Source of the DNA: Geopsychrobacteraceae bacterium
GTDB taxonomy: Bacteria > Desulfobacterota > Desulfuromonadia > Desulfuromonadales > Geopsychrobacteraceae
Assembly: GCA_963662315.1 (NCBI GenBank)
Contig: OY759353.1
Coordinates: forward strand, 4,096,001 to 4,160,000
Direction of reading: 5' to 3'
DNA length: 64,000 nucleotides
The notes under the pieces are model-generated. The model was given only the letters and a program-made list of their open reading frames with translations. It was not told the DNA's origin and searched no databases. Of the stretch, positions 10,575 to 21,266 are shown piece after piece. Position numbers and translations under genes: made by a program. Positions within the stretch are counted from its first letter, which is position 1. The number at the start of each line of letters is the position of its first letter.

Positions 10575-11102
10575 TTACAGGACGGGTTTGTCTTTGGCAG
10601 GACTTGGGCGCTGAGGTGGTTGCTTGCGATAAACTCCATCACGGCCGCGTATGTATGTCGCAGACTCTTTTTCCATGGCCTGCTTATAAAATGCGTTAAA
10701 GGCCGCTTTCCTTGGTTGGGGTCTTCTGGTCGTTGCTGTTTGAGCCTGAACAACCGGCCCGGGGGACGGATCTTCCGGGCCGATCAGTGCTTCAAGCAGG
10801 GAATTGAGAAATTTGTTGAATTTCTGTTGCGGGTCCTGCCTGGATTTGGCGGTGCTGCCAGGTTTTTCCTTTTCCCGCCGCGCTTCTTCAATTCCCAACT
10901 TCTTGTCATAGCTGGCTCGTGCAATCGGGTCAGACAAGACCTTATAGGCCTGGTTAACCTGTCGGAACAACTCTGCCGCTGCGTCCGAACCCCTATTTGC
11001 ATCTGGGTGGAAGCGTTTTGCCAGACTGCGGTAGACAGACTTTATTCTTTGCTGATCAGCATCGGGGGGGATGCCAAGCAAGTGATAGTAATTCAATGCC
11101 AT
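10575..11102 (-). CDS. J-domain (DnaJ-like) protein
   Basis: NYYHLLGI..YRSLAKRFHPDAN..AYKVLSDP..RASYD. Confidence 0.9.
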   Translation of the reverse strand: MALNYYHLLGIPPDADQQRIKSVYRSLAKRFHPDANRGSDAAAELFRQVNQAYKVLSDPIARASYDKKLGIEEARREKEKPGSTAKSRQDPQQKFNKFLNSLLEALIGPEDPSPGPVVQAQTATTRRPQPRKAAFNAFYKQAMEKESATYIRGRDGVYRKQPPQRPSPAKDKPVL

Positions 11103-11185
11103 GAGACTCCAGCTTTCCTGTCGGGATATCGCTTCTCAGCCGTTGCTATCTTTTCGACGGTCCGGCAGCAATATTTAAATCTTTT

Positions 11186-11755
11186 TCAGCTATGTTGAAA
11201 ATTTATTTCGACATCCTGACGATGGGCCGGATCTATCTGCCATAAGGAGCGTTGCGGAAAATTAAAGACTCTGGCAATCAGCACGTCCGGGAATTGTTCG
11301 AGCCTGGTATTATATATTGTGACCGAGGCATTAAAGAGCTCGCGGCGATCCGCAATCTGGTCTTCTATCTCTGTAACCCGGTTGCTTAACTGGCGAAAGC
11401 CCGCATCCGCTTTCAGGTCAGGATAGCGTTCCACGACCATAAACAGGGACTTCAGGGTATCGGTCAGCATGTTCTGTGCTTCCATGCGCTGGCTGTCGTT
11501 GCGTGCCGAATTAACCATGGAGCGGGCCTTGACAACCGCTTCCAGGGTCTTCTGTTCATGCTGCATATAGCCTTCACAGATTTTAATCAATTTGGGGAGT
11601 TCATCAAAGCGCTGCTTCAGGAGCACGTCGATGTTGCTCCAGTCCTGATTAATCGTATTTTTAAGCGCAATGAAGCCATTGTAAATGATAATGACGTAAA
11701 AAACGATGCCAACCAGGATGAGTAACAAAACTCCCAGAGTGATCCAACCAGCCAT
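11186..11755 (-). CDS. lemA: LemA family protein
   Basis: N-terminal TM helix, WSNIDVLLKQRFDELPKL, ERYPDLKA, RRELFN..YNT..QFP. Confidence 0.92.
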   Translation of the reverse strand: MAGWITLGVLLLILVGIVFYVIIIYNGFIALKNTINQDWSNIDVLLKQRFDELPKLIKICEGYMQHEQKTLEAVVKARSMVNSARNDSQRMEAQNMLTDTLKSLFMVVERYPDLKADAGFRQLSNRVTEIEDQIADRRELFNASVTIYNTRLEQFPDVLIARVFNFPQRSLWQIDPAHRQDVEINFQHS

Positions 11756-11780
11756 AGTGTATTCTCCTTGTCTTGAAAAA

Positions 11781-13766
11781 TTAGAATAGATTGCGAATCA
11801 TCAAATAAACTGAAAACCCGGTCGCGACCCCGGCCAAAATAAACAGGGGCAGACTATAAGCCAGATAGCGCGCTGTTAAATGTTCTTCGGAAGGGGTTTC
11901 CGAAATAATCAACGGACGACCTTTGCGCTTGCCGATAACAATATGTTCTTCCTGCTTTTTCCGCGTCTGACTATCGGCAAGAGACTTTTTAATAAGCTGA
12001 TTTTCGACCTCAGCACGAGCAGCGTCCCACTCATCAGCGCTGATATGTCCATCGCCATTGGTATCGTATTTTTTAAGAAGATGAGGGTTCTGTTTCAGCT
12101 CCCTTAATGCCAGCTGTTTACGTTCCACCAGTGTTGGTCCCGAGGCTTTTTTTACTTCAGCATAACCGAGAACGTATAGCAGTGTTCCTTCGACAATAAT
12201 TTCCTCAACCCATTTTTCTTGACTGTCGGCATCAACATGAAATAATCCCACCTGGCCAGGCATCCCTTCCTGACGCGAGCCGGCACTGACACGGCAGGCG
12301 GACGGATCAACTTCAACACGACCGGTATCGTCTTCAAGATAGAAGGGGACATGGTGGCTGGATGACACGCTGGCGATTTCCCAGGTGTTATTTTTCCCCC
12401 GGCGGTAACGGGTCAGCCGGTAATAGGCGCAGGCAATATGCGTTATGGGGGACACCAGGGCATATTTACGCAGAGCGCGCCCCTTGACCTCAACCATACC
12501 CATGGCGATGGAGCGGACCCGACTGGTCGGAGTGTTTTCGATCTGTCTTTTGATGCGTAAAAAATAAAAGGCATACCAGAACATCAGTGCTGCGGCACAA
12601 ATGGAGACAGCCCCTGAAGCAAAAGCCCGAGCAAGCAGCTTTCTGAGGGTGTGACTGGTGTCGATTTCCAATGCAGCAATAATCAGTCCCAGAGTGAGGC
12701 CACCTGTTGAACCAAACCAAAAGGTTGGCGTATTCCAGCGTTGACCGCTTTCCCCTTGCGGCGGAGCAGGTAATCCGGGAGCAGCAGGAGCCTGTTCGGA
12801 TTGCCTGCTGTGGTCAGGTTGGTCTGCGAGTTCTTTGGCAAGGATTTTCTGGACGTCCTGACTCAGAGGGGTAGCGCTTGCCAAGCCGGTTGCGATCGAC
12901 AATGGAGTGATCATAGCGGTCAGTTCGGGATCTGGCTCTGTCGATTTTTTGTTTAGACTGTCAGCCCGGACAATATCAGCCATCAGCCAACCGTAGCGGG
13001 TCAGGCTCAGCAGGTTCTGGCGTAGTGTTTCCGGATCTTCAGGGTTATCGCGGTTCAGATTGCAACCCGGCAGGTTGACGAGGCCAAAGTCGGTGCGCAG
13101 TGTCAGTTCGGCAGCATATTCGCTGGTGATAAGGTCGAGGATTGTCTTCAGGTTCTGGCGGCTGCTCAGGGTGGCTTTTTCTCCCAGCCCTTTCGGATCG
13201 AATTTGCCGGGAAAGACCCTTACACCATCAATAATGGAATTGTTATCATCGAGCAGGTATAAATCTAAAACCGGAGAGCCCTGCAGGATGGTCTGAAACA
13301 TTTTATCATCGTTAATATGTTCGACATGATCGCGGCCGCGGTAGGCATGACTGGTCAACAGATGTTTGACGCTTTTCATGGCCAAGTCGCCCGACAGATC
13401 AGCAAAAACAGCCAGGACCTTGGCTCCTTTGCAAAAAGTGACAGAATTTTTCTGACACGTAAAAAAGAGCGCGTCCGCGCTTAATGTCACTGCTTTTATC
13501 CGCTGCGGAACAAAAGCAGGTTTGGTCGGGCAGATCAGCCAGTGAGAAACCCTGAACTCGGCTAAAGACAGGGTAATTTTCCTCAGAGTTTCCTGGGGGC
13601 CTTGAGTCAGGAGGGACAGCCCCTTGCCAACCAGACGCTGGCGACATTGATAGGTGTCGAGGTTAAAGTTTGTGGTCAGCAGCTTCAGAAGCGTTTTAAG
13701 GTCTTCTATGGGCTGAGGAGACTGCTCGACAATAAGGTAGTGATTATTTTCCATGGCTATATTCAT
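11781..13766 (-). CDS. Membrane protein with GIDE domain and EF-hand-like motif
   Basis: IENTPTSRVRSIAMGMVEVKGRA, PFYLEDDTGRVEVDP (GIDE-like); DTNGDGHISADEW (EF-hand); TM segments. Confidence 0.75.
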   Translation of the reverse strand: MNIAMENNHYLIVEQSPQPIEDLKTLLKLLTTNFNLDTYQCRQRLVGKGLSLLTQGPQETLRKITLSLAEFRVSHWLICPTKPAFVPQRIKAVTLSADALFFTCQKNSVTFCKGAKVLAVFADLSGDLAMKSVKHLLTSHAYRGRDHVEHINDDKMFQTILQGSPVLDLYLLDDNNSIIDGVRVFPGKFDPKGLGEKATLSSRQNLKTILDLITSEYAAELTLRTDFGLVNLPGCNLNRDNPEDPETLRQNLLSLTRYGWLMADIVRADSLNKKSTEPDPELTAMITPLSIATGLASATPLSQDVQKILAKELADQPDHSRQSEQAPAAPGLPAPPQGESGQRWNTPTFWFGSTGGLTLGLIIAALEIDTSHTLRKLLARAFASGAVSICAAALMFWYAFYFLRIKRQIENTPTSRVRSIAMGMVEVKGRALRKYALVSPITHIACAYYRLTRYRRGKNNTWEIASVSSSHHVPFYLEDDTGRVEVDPSACRVSAGSRQEGMPGQVGLFHVDADSQEKWVEEIIVEGTLLYVLGYAEVKKASGPTLVERKQLALRELKQNPHLLKKYDTNGDGHISADEWDAARAEVENQLIKKSLADSQTRKKQEEHIVIGKRKGRPLIISETPSEEHLTARYLAYSLPLFILAGVATGFSVYLMIRNLF

Positions 13767-13858
13767 TTGAGTTGTGTAACGCTAATGTATGATACTTTTT
13801 GTATTAGAACAAGCTTATTTCTGTGTGCCACTTAATGGAAAAATAGGGGATGTATTGA

Positions 13859-14383
13859 ATGATGCGGGTTATCTCTTGTCGTTTTTCTGAACATGCCGAC
13901 AGTATTCTTGATATTTTTAATGAGGCTATCGCCAACACAACAGCCTTGTACGCTTATCAGCCACGGACTATGGACTTTATGGCTGAATGGTTTGCGGCCA
14001 AAGATTCCGGCAACTATCCGGTACTGGGTTGTCTTGATGAGTATGGCCAGCTGACTGGGTTTGCTTCTTACGGGCCTTTCAGGCAGTGGCCAGCCTATAA
14101 ATACACCATCGAAAATTCTGTCTATGTGCATAAAGATTTTCGTGGCCAGGGGATTGGCCGCCAGCTGATGGCGGCATTAATTGAGAGGGCTGTCGAGCAG
14201 GATTATCATACGATGGTTGCGGGTATCGATGAAAAAAACGCGGCCAGTATTGCTCTGCATACAACATTCGGCTTTTTCCATAGTGGTACCATTCAGCATG
14301 CAGGGTATAAATTTTCACAATGGCAGAATCTGGCTTTCTATCAGTTGATTTTAGCTACGCCAGAGCACCCGGTAGAGGGGTAG
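13859..14383 (+). CDS. GNAT N-acetyltransferase (phosphinothricin/YncA-like)
   Basis: FASYGPFRQWPAYKYTIENSVYV..RGQGIG..NAASIALH. Confidence 0.9.
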   Translation: MMRVISCRFSEHADSILDIFNEAIANTTALYAYQPRTMDFMAEWFAAKDSGNYPVLGCLDEYGQLTGFASYGPFRQWPAYKYTIENSVYVHKDFRGQGIGRQLMAALIERAVEQDYHTMVAGIDEKNAASIALHTTFGFFHSGTIQHAGYKFSQWQNLAFYQLILATPEHPVEG

Positions 14384-14388
14384 CAGTG

Positions 14389-14892
14389 ATGATAACTCAT
14401 GATTTGTTCTATTTTGCCTATGGCTCAAACATGTCGGTGCCGCGAATACAGGCCCGTATTCCTCTGGCCAAATTTGTTACGATAGCCCAGCTGCCTGGGC
14501 ATCGTTTAACGTTTTCCAAGCCGGGGATGGATGTCTCTGGAAAATGTGATGCTCTGTATACAGGCAATGACAGTGATATGGTTTACGGCGTCGTTTACCG
14601 GATATCATCGGCAGATAAGATGGTCCTTGATGGTTATGAAGGGTTGGGGCGCCATTACCTGACCAAGCCGGCAACGGTCATGATTGATCTGGGGCAGAAG
14701 TGTGAAGTATTTCTGTATGTGGCGACCGAGGTTCAGAATAATTTAAAGCCTTATTTCTGGTACAAAAAACACGTATTGCATGGTGCCGAAACAGCCGGCC
14801 TGCCACGGCAATACCTTGAATATATCGATTCTGTTCCGTCCATAGCCGATCCTGACCCGGAGCGGCATGCCAGGGAGATGGGAATTTATTGA
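14389..14892 (+). CDS. Gamma-glutamylcyclotransferase family protein
   Basis: YFAYGSNM, VYGVVY, LDGYEG. Confidence 0.85.
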   Translation: MITHDLFYFAYGSNMSVPRIQARIPLAKFVTIAQLPGHRLTFSKPGMDVSGKCDALYTGNDSDMVYGVVYRISSADKMVLDGYEGLGRHYLTKPATVMIDLGQKCEVFLYVATEVQNNLKPYFWYKKHVLHGAETAGLPRQYLEYIDSVPSIADPDPERHAREMGIY

Positions 14893-15137
14893 TCCGGGTT
14901 CTTTTGAAATAAGCACAGGATGCCATTTTGATGGGAGAGTGAATCTTCCGGCGACAGATTTTATACAGCAGGTAAAACAGGTTGGACCTGCGATGGATTT
15001 TTGCGGGAAATTCTCTTTAGTCAGTCTAAGGAAAGACCATTATCTCTGGCAATTATACAAGAATATTGTGTTGCTGTGAAAATGGTGGGAAGAAATTATT
15101 GGCTTTTTATTCCAAAAAACATAATATGAAATGATGA

Positions 15138-15926
15138 TTGCTTAGATATAATGATGTGTTTTGCGCAAGGCAGGCACATTTTGCGATAGGATTTATGATG
15201 GAAAATTTCGCAAGTCCGGTGCAGCGAACCAGGTTGCATGAACAAGTTGCCCGAACCTTGAGCCTGAAAATCATTCGGCGCGAATACGAACCTTTGTCAT
15301 TGCTGCCCAATGAAGATGAGCTGTGTCAGCAATTTGATGTCAGCCGCACTGTTATTCGGGAAGCAATTCGCTTTTTAGATGCCAAAGGCCTGGTTCAGGT
15401 TCGTCCCCGCATCGGAACGCGTGTCTGTGATCCTTCGCGCTGGATTCTGAATGATTCTGTGCTGCTTAAATGGCGTATTGATGCGGACCTTGATATCGAT
15501 CTGATTAAGGATCTTGTCGAGTTGCGGAGTATGGTTGAGCCCATGGCAGCAGGTCTTGCTGCTGAGCGTGCCTCAGACGCGGAAATTGAGCGGCTGGTTC
15601 AGGCTTTTCACGATATGGAAATTGCCGCAGATCTCGATGCTCAGATTGAAGCGGATATGCGTTTTCACCTGTCGATTCTGGAATCCTGTGGTAATGAATT
15701 GGTTGTCAGTTCGTTACGGCCTGTGATTGAAAGTACTCTGGGAACTATTTTCCGACGCTATATGGAGTTTGATGCGGCCAAGAAATCTTTGCGGGTGCAC
15801 AGAGAAGTTGTGGCTGCTATTAAAGCCCGAGACCGTGAAAAAGCCATCAAGGCCATGGAGAACATGATTTCCTATGCGGCCAGGGATTTTGAGGCTATCG
15901 AAAAGGTTAAACAGGATCTATTGTAA
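15138..15926 (+). CDS. FadR/GntR-family transcriptional regulator; true start probably near 15195
   Basis: LPNEDELCQQFDVSRTVIREA winged HTH; FCD domain ADMRFH..GN. Confidence 0.9.
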   Translation: MLRYNDVFCARQAHFAIGFMMENFASPVQRTRLHEQVARTLSLKIIRREYEPLSLLPNEDELCQQFDVSRTVIREAIRFLDAKGLVQVRPRIGTRVCDPSRWILNDSVLLKWRIDADLDIDLIKDLVELRSMVEPMAAGLAAERASDAEIERLVQAFHDMEIAADLDAQIEADMRFHLSILESCGNELVVSSLRPVIESTLGTIFRRYMEFDAAKKSLRVHREVVAAIKARDREKAIKAMENMISYAARDFEAIEKVKQDLL

Positions 15927-16175
15927 CTCATTATTGGCCTACTTGCTTATGCAGAGCATAGTGTTGATATTATTAAGCTAATAGCACTATCTCTGCTTCT
16001 CCTTCTTGTTGCCCCCTCCTACATCCTTCAGCCTGACTAAAAAAAATGCCTGCGAAATATGAGATTTCTTTTCAAATGCATTGGTTTGTATTAGAATGCT
16101 GCGCATATTTAGAGGTTCTGGTATCTCACTAGCCAGGATCTTGTTTTTATTATTTCCTATCTACAAGGAGCTTTT

Positions 16176-17831
16176 ATGTCAGAGAGAGAATGTCAATGTC
16201 ATGGAACCATGCCTACCGGTACCGCTTTACTTCACGACCCACTGCTGAACAAGGGGACCGCATTTACAGAAGAGGAGCGTAAGCAACTCGGACTGACCGG
16301 CCTGTTGCCACCCCAGGTTTTTACCATTGAACAACAGGTTTGTCGGGTTCTTGAGAATCATCGCAGTAAACAAACTGACCTGGAGCGTTACATCCATCTT
16401 GCCAGTCTACAGGACCGTAATGAAACCCTCTTTTACCGTGTCCTGATGGAAAACCTTGATGAGATGATGCCGATCGTCTATACCCCGACTGTCGGTCAGG
16501 CCTGTCAGCAGTTCGGGCATATCTTCCGTCGTTCCCGGGGACTTTACATTTCCATAAAGGAAAAGGGGAATATCGCTGAAATTCTTAAGAATCATTCCTG
16601 CAATGATGTGCGCGTCATTGTCGTAACCGATGGCGAGAGAATTCTCGGTCTTGGTGATCAGGGGACTGGTGGTATGGGTATCCCCGTCGGTAAGCTGGCT
16701 CTGTATACCGCATGTTCTGGTATTTCACCTGCTCAGTGTTTACCGGTAATGCTGGATGTCGGAACCGAAAATGAAGGGTATCTGGGAGATCCTCTCTACC
16801 TGGGCATTCGTCAACACCGGGTTCGCGGCCAGGAATATGATGAGTTCGTTTCTGAATTTCTTACCGCTGCAACGGAACGCTGGCCTGATGTTCTGGTGCA
16901 GTTTGAAGATTTTGCCAACCACAATGCCTTCCGTCTGCTGGAGGAGTGGCGCGACAAAATCTGTACCTTCAATGATGATATGCAGGGTACGGCATCGGTA
17001 ACTCTGGCCGGTCTTCTGTCAGCATTGCGCATTACCAAAAAGAGTTTGCGTGAGCAGAAAATTCTGTTCCTTGGCGCTGGTGAAGCTGGTATCGGCATTG
17101 GTGATCTTATTGTTTCGGCCATGGTTGATGATGGAGATACACTTGAAGAGGCACGTAAGAAGTGCTGGTTTGTCGATTCAAAGGGGCTGATTGTTAAAGA
17201 TCGTGACAATCTGGTTGAGCATAAACTGAGATACGCTCATGACTTCCCTTATGCCGCAACTTTCCTTGATGCTGTTAAAGCTCTAAAACCAACGGCTATT
17301 ATCGGGGTATCAACCATTCCGAAGTCCTTCACTAAGGAAGTCGTTGAAGCTATGTCTGAATATAACGAGCATCCGATTATCTTCGCTTTGTCAAATCCAA
17401 CCTCGAAGTCGGAATGTTCTGCTGCTGAAGCTTATGACTGGTCAAATGGAAAGGCAGTATTTGCCAGCGGTAGCCCCTTCCCGCCACATGTTATGGATGG
17501 AAAAACTTTTGTCCCGGGACAGGGGAATAACGCTTATGTTTTCCCAGGGATTGGTTTGGGTGTCGTCGCCAGTAAAGCCAAGCATGTCACCGATCGTATG
17601 TTTTCTCAGGCTGCCAGAGCTTTGGCCGATCAGGTGCTTGAGAGCGATCTGGAGATGGGCCGTATTTACCCTGCTTTGTCTCGGATTCGTGAGGTTTCTG
17701 CCAAAATTGGTGTTGCTGTTGCCGAAGAGGTTTTCAAAGACGGTTTGGCAACGATCGAACGTCCGGCTGACATGTTGAAACACATTGAAGCATGCCAGTG
17801 GCAACCCGATTACGTTTCATACGTAAAGTAG
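16176..17831 (+). CDS. maeA: NAD-dependent malic enzyme (SfcA/MaeA type)
   Basis: YTPTVG, VTDGERILGLGD, QFEDF, FNDDMQGT, GAGEAG, LSNPTSKSEC, GQGNN. Confidence 0.92.
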   Translation: MSERECQCHGTMPTGTALLHDPLLNKGTAFTEEERKQLGLTGLLPPQVFTIEQQVCRVLENHRSKQTDLERYIHLASLQDRNETLFYRVLMENLDEMMPIVYTPTVGQACQQFGHIFRRSRGLYISIKEKGNIAEILKNHSCNDVRVIVVTDGERILGLGDQGTGGMGIPVGKLALYTACSGISPAQCLPVMLDVGTENEGYLGDPLYLGIRQHRVRGQEYDEFVSEFLTAATERWPDVLVQFEDFANHNAFRLLEEWRDKICTFNDDMQGTASVTLAGLLSALRITKKSLREQKILFLGAGEAGIGIGDLIVSAMVDDGDTLEEARKKCWFVDSKGLIVKDRDNLVEHKLRYAHDFPYAATFLDAVKALKPTAIIGVSTIPKSFTKEVVEAMSEYNEHPIIFALSNPTSKSECSAAEAYDWSNGKAVFASGSPFPPHVMDGKTFVPGQGNNAYVFPGIGLGVVASKAKHVTDRMFSQAARALADQVLESDLEMGRIYPALSRIREVSAKIGVAVAEEVFKDGLATIERPADMLKHIEACQWQPDYVSYVK

Positions 17832-17834
17832 TTT

Positions 17835-18254
17835 TTAATCGGTAACTTTTTGCCGTAATTGTTTTGTCTGACCGCGTTGTTTTTTTGTTTCGACGCGTTT
17901 TACCTTGGCGCTCTTGGTCGGCTTGGTTGGTTTTCTGACCCGCCTGACCTTGAGCGCCTTTATTATAAACAGTTTCAACTGAAGTAAGGCTTGATCCCGA
18001 TTTTGTATTTGGCTGCGTGCCTGTTGGGCCTTTGTGACAAAACAACCCGCAGTATTAACGCGACTGTCGCCACTGTATAGCAGGCGTTGTTTCAGGTCTT
18101 CTGGTAACGAAGACGTTCCGATATCGAAGCGTAAATGAATGGCCGTGGCTGTCTTGTTGACATGCTGCCCCCCCGCGCCCTGGGAGCGCACGGCGGTGAG
18201 GATAATTTCACTCAACGGAATGACCAGGTCTGTGCATATTTCAAGAAATTCCAT
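17835..18254 (-). CDS. arfB: Alternative ribosome-rescue factor B (peptidyl-tRNA hydrolase YaeJ)
   Basis: RSQGAGGQHVNKT and basic tail RKPTKPTKS..KR. Confidence 0.93.
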   Translation of the reverse strand: MEFLEICTDLVIPLSEIILTAVRSQGAGGQHVNKTATAIHLRFDIGTSSLPEDLKQRLLYSGDSRVNTAGCFVTKAQQARSQIQNRDQALLQLKLFIIKALKVRRVRKPTKPTKSAKVKRVETKKQRGQTKQLRQKVTD

Positions 18255-18330
18255 TTTTCAACCAGAGGGATATAGTTTTAGCTTCATCATGACTTGGAAA
18301 CGAGTTGTTAAGTGGAAACCAGACTACCGG

Positions 18331-18378
18331 AGAAACACCAAACCCCGCCAGTTAATATTGACGGGGTTTGGTGTTTCT
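18331..18378. terminator. Intrinsic terminator hairpin downstream of the MCP gene
   Basis: AGAAACACCAAACCCCG...CGGGGTTTGGTGTTTCT. Confidence 0.7.
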
Positions 18379-18408
18379 ATCGTGTTGTGCTAAACGCTTA
18401 CCTGCCGA

Positions 18409-20373
18409 TCAGTATTTTCCGAAATCATCGTCATCCAGTTTAATGACCGGTTGTTTCTGGCTGATTCCTCCCCAGTTATCGTTGGTGGCCGGAGAGGGTT
18501 TGACGCTTATTCGGGGCGGAAGCGCTTGTGACGGTGCGCCAGATCTTGTCGCCGCCGCAACAGGCTGCTGAGAGCTGATCGCAGGAGTCACAGGTTTCTG
18601 GGGAGCTGTCTGGGCGGTAGCTGCAGCCCGGCTAAGAGTAAAGCGACCAAGCATATCCATAAGTTCGCTAGTTTGTCCGGAAAGCTGTTCGGCGATGGCG
18701 GCGCTTTCTTCAGAGGTTGAGGTCGCCCGCTGGTTAACATCGTTCAGCTGGACAAGTCCTTCGTTAACCTGGGCAATGCCCTGGGACTGCTCCTGGCTGG
18801 CGGCAGCAATTTCAGCGACAAGGTCAGAAACCTTGGTCACATCACTAACGATCTCAGCTAGTGAGGTTGCCGTTGACTGGGCTATGATGGCACCATTGTT
18901 GGTTTTATCTACCGAACCTTGAATGAGTGCAGTCGTTTCCTGGGCCGCTTTTGCGCTACGAGCGGCCAGATTCCGGACTTCTTCGGCAACGACAGCGAAA
19001 CCTTTGCCGTGCTGACCCGCCCGGGCTGCTTCAACTGCAGCGTTAAGGGCGAGAAGATTGGTCTGAAAGGCAATTTCATCAATAACTTTGATGATCTTAC
19101 TGATATCGTCAGATGATGCCTTGATCTCGGCCATGGCACTCACCATGGACTGCATCTGACGGTTGCCTTTATCGGCAGCGTCACGTGCTTCAACAGACAA
19201 CTTATTGGCTGTCGTTGCGTTGGCAGCGTTGTTGGATGTCTGCTCATTCATTTCCACCATTGATGCTGAAATTTCTTCCAGAGCCGCAGCCTGCTGCGTT
19301 GCCCCATTGGCCAGCGAGGAACTTGTTTCCGCGACCTGGATTGCCCCGGAAGAAATCTGTTCGCTTGCTTCGCGGACGGTTTTCATGACCTCGGTCAAGC
19401 CGGTGCAGGCCTGTTTCAGGGGGTGGGCAATCAGCCCTTTGGCTTCAAAGCTGAAATCACCTTTCGCCAGCCGGTTAAAGGCTTCAAGGACTTCATCTTT
19501 AAGGTTGTCGGCAAAACGGTTCAGCGCTTGGGCCAGGATACCGACCTCATCGGTACGTTGCGTATCAATGCGCGTATCGAGGTTGCCCTGTTCAAGGCCA
19601 ATCAGCATGTTCATCGATTTACGCACCGGGCGAATAACGGCGCGGGTGGTAAAGATAGCCATAATAACGCCAAGGATGACAAGAAACAGAACCAGCAGAG
19701 CGGCAGACCAGCTGATAGTAGTTGCAAGGACAGCATCGGCTTCATCAAGAGAGTGAATGATCTCAAAGGCACCGTGCATCTCACCGGGCTTCCAGTTTTC
19801 CATGCGCGTACCGGTTGGATCCTGGCCATTGCTGTTGCCCCAATATTCATTGGATTTCCCTGGATCACCATGGCAGTAAAGGCAGGTTTCACTTAAATAA
19901 ACCGCCTTGAAGTAGTGCACCGAGTTGGTTTTTTCGTCGATCTCATAATACTCTCCCAGCTGCTGATTTTTCATCAGTGTCAGGGCGCGACTTTCCATGT
20001 CATCGGGAGTATTTTTACTGTTGCGAGGTTGGAATTTGGGAACCTTGAAAATGTAATTGCCCTCTTGAGCTTTACGCATGGCAACCTGCCAGGCTGATAC
20101 GACAGGCACAGCAGAAAATACTTTATCTTTTTCGCCCTTATCTGCCCACGCTCTTAACTGTTCAATACTGAACAGTCCCTGCTGCCACTTATCTTCCATT
20201 TCCTGACGCACGGATTCAATGGTCTGCGAGAGCATGCGCGATTTATCGACAACTGCATTAATGTCCAGTTGTTTTTCATGGTGATAATAGAGAATGAACA
20301 GAACCATAAGAAGGACAGCAGGAATCAATACGCCGGCAGCAACCAGCTTGGTTCTCAGTGACATTGATCGCAT
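18409..20373 (-). CDS. Methyl-accepting chemotaxis protein with periplasmic c-heme (DUF3365-like) sensor
   Basis: CLYCH heme motif, [42 protein letters not shown]-terminal DDDFGKY. Confidence 0.93.
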   Translation of the reverse strand: MRSMSLRTKLVAAGVLIPAVLLMVLFILYYHHEKQLDINAVVDKSRMLSQTIESVRQEMEDKWQQGLFSIEQLRAWADKGEKDKVFSAVPVVSAWQVAMRKAQEGNYIFKVPKFQPRNSKNTPDDMESRALTLMKNQQLGEYYEIDEKTNSVHYFKAVYLSETCLYCHGDPGKSNEYWGNSNGQDPTGTRMENWKPGEMHGAFEIIHSLDEADAVLATTISWSAALLVLFLVILGVIMAIFTTRAVIRPVRKSMNMLIGLEQGNLDTRIDTQRTDEVGILAQALNRFADNLKDEVLEAFNRLAKGDFSFEAKGLIAHPLKQACTGLTEVMKTVREASEQISSGAIQVAETSSSLANGATQQAAALEEISASMVEMNEQTSNNAANATTANKLSVEARDAADKGNRQMQSMVSAMAEIKASSDDISKIIKVIDEIAFQTNLLALNAAVEAARAGQHGKGFAVVAEEVRNLAARSAKAAQETTALIQGSVDKTNNGAIIAQSTATSLAEIVSDVTKVSDLVAEIAAASQEQSQGIAQVNEGLVQLNDVNQRATSTSEESAAIAEQLSGQTSELMDMLGRFTLSRAAATAQTAPQKPVTPAISSQQPVAAATRSGAPSQALPPRISVKPSPATNDNWGGISQKQPVIKLDDDDFGKY

Positions 20374-20471
20374 TGGAACTCCTAATACATGAGGATAAGA
20401 ATATGCAAATTAATGACAAATAATAAAACTTAAGTTGTCCATTATCAAGTTAAAATTATCCCCTTTAACAA

Positions 20472-20510
20472 CAACGGGGTCGTACAATAGCTGATGATGT
20501 ACGACCCCGT
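20472..20510. terminator. Hairpin after livF
   Basis: AACGGGGTCGTACA...TGTACGACCCCGTT. Confidence 0.6.
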
Positions 20511-20540
20511 TTCCAAAAGAACCACCTGTTTAACTTTATG

Positions 20541-21266
20541 TTATCCCCCCAGGTAAGCCTTTTTGACTTCCGGGTTGCCCAGCAATTCTTCACTTGTTCC
20601 TTCTGCAACAATATTTCCCGTATCAAGGACATAGCCGCGGTGGGCCAGGTGCAGGGCCAGATTGGCATTCTGCTCGACCAGTAAAATGGTCATCCCCTCT
20701 TCATTGAGTTGCTTCAGTTTGCGGAACAGTTCATATTTGAGAACCGGAGCCAGTCCCATGCTTGGCTCGTCCAGCAGCAAGACCTTACAGCCGGTCATCA
20801 GGGCGCGGCCTACAGCAAGCATTTGCTGCTCGCCACCGGATAAGGATTCACTGCGTTGATCGCGACGTTCTTTCAGGCGTGGGAACAGGTTGAAGATCCG
20901 TTCGTATTCGGCATCGAAGTCGGCACCTTTTTCCCGCGAGTAGGTGGCGATCTTCAGATTCTCCATAACCGTCAGGTTGCCGAAAATGCGTCTTCCCTCG
21001 GGGGATAATGCCAGATGGAGGTCCTTGACCACATCGCTCGGTCTGGTTTTCAGGATTGATTCTCCTTTAAACCTGATGTCCCCGCCAATGACACGCGGTG
21101 CTTCAGGCGGTGGCAATCTGGCAATGGTGTAAAGACTGGTTGTTTTTCCGGCGCCATTGGCTCCAATCAAAGTCACGATCTCTCCTTCATTGACGTGAAA
21201 GGTGATTCCGTGCAGGGCCTGAATGTTGCCATATTTGACTTCTAAATTTTCAACTTGCAGCAGCAT
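20541..21266 (-). CDS. livF: Branched-chain amino acid ABC ATPase
   Basis: GANGAGKT, LSGGEQQMLA, LLDEPSMGLAP, VEQNA. Confidence 0.92.
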   Translation of the reverse strand: MLLQVENLEVKYGNIQALHGITFHVNEGEIVTLIGANGAGKTTSLYTIARLPPPEAPRVIGGDIRFKGESILKTRPSDVVKDLHLALSPEGRRIFGNLTVMENLKIATYSREKGADFDAEYERIFNLFPRLKERRDQRSESLSGGEQQMLAVGRALMTGCKVLLLDEPSMGLAPVLKYELFRKLKQLNEEGMTILLVEQNANLALHLAHRGYVLDTGNIVAEGTSEELLGNPEVKKAYLGG

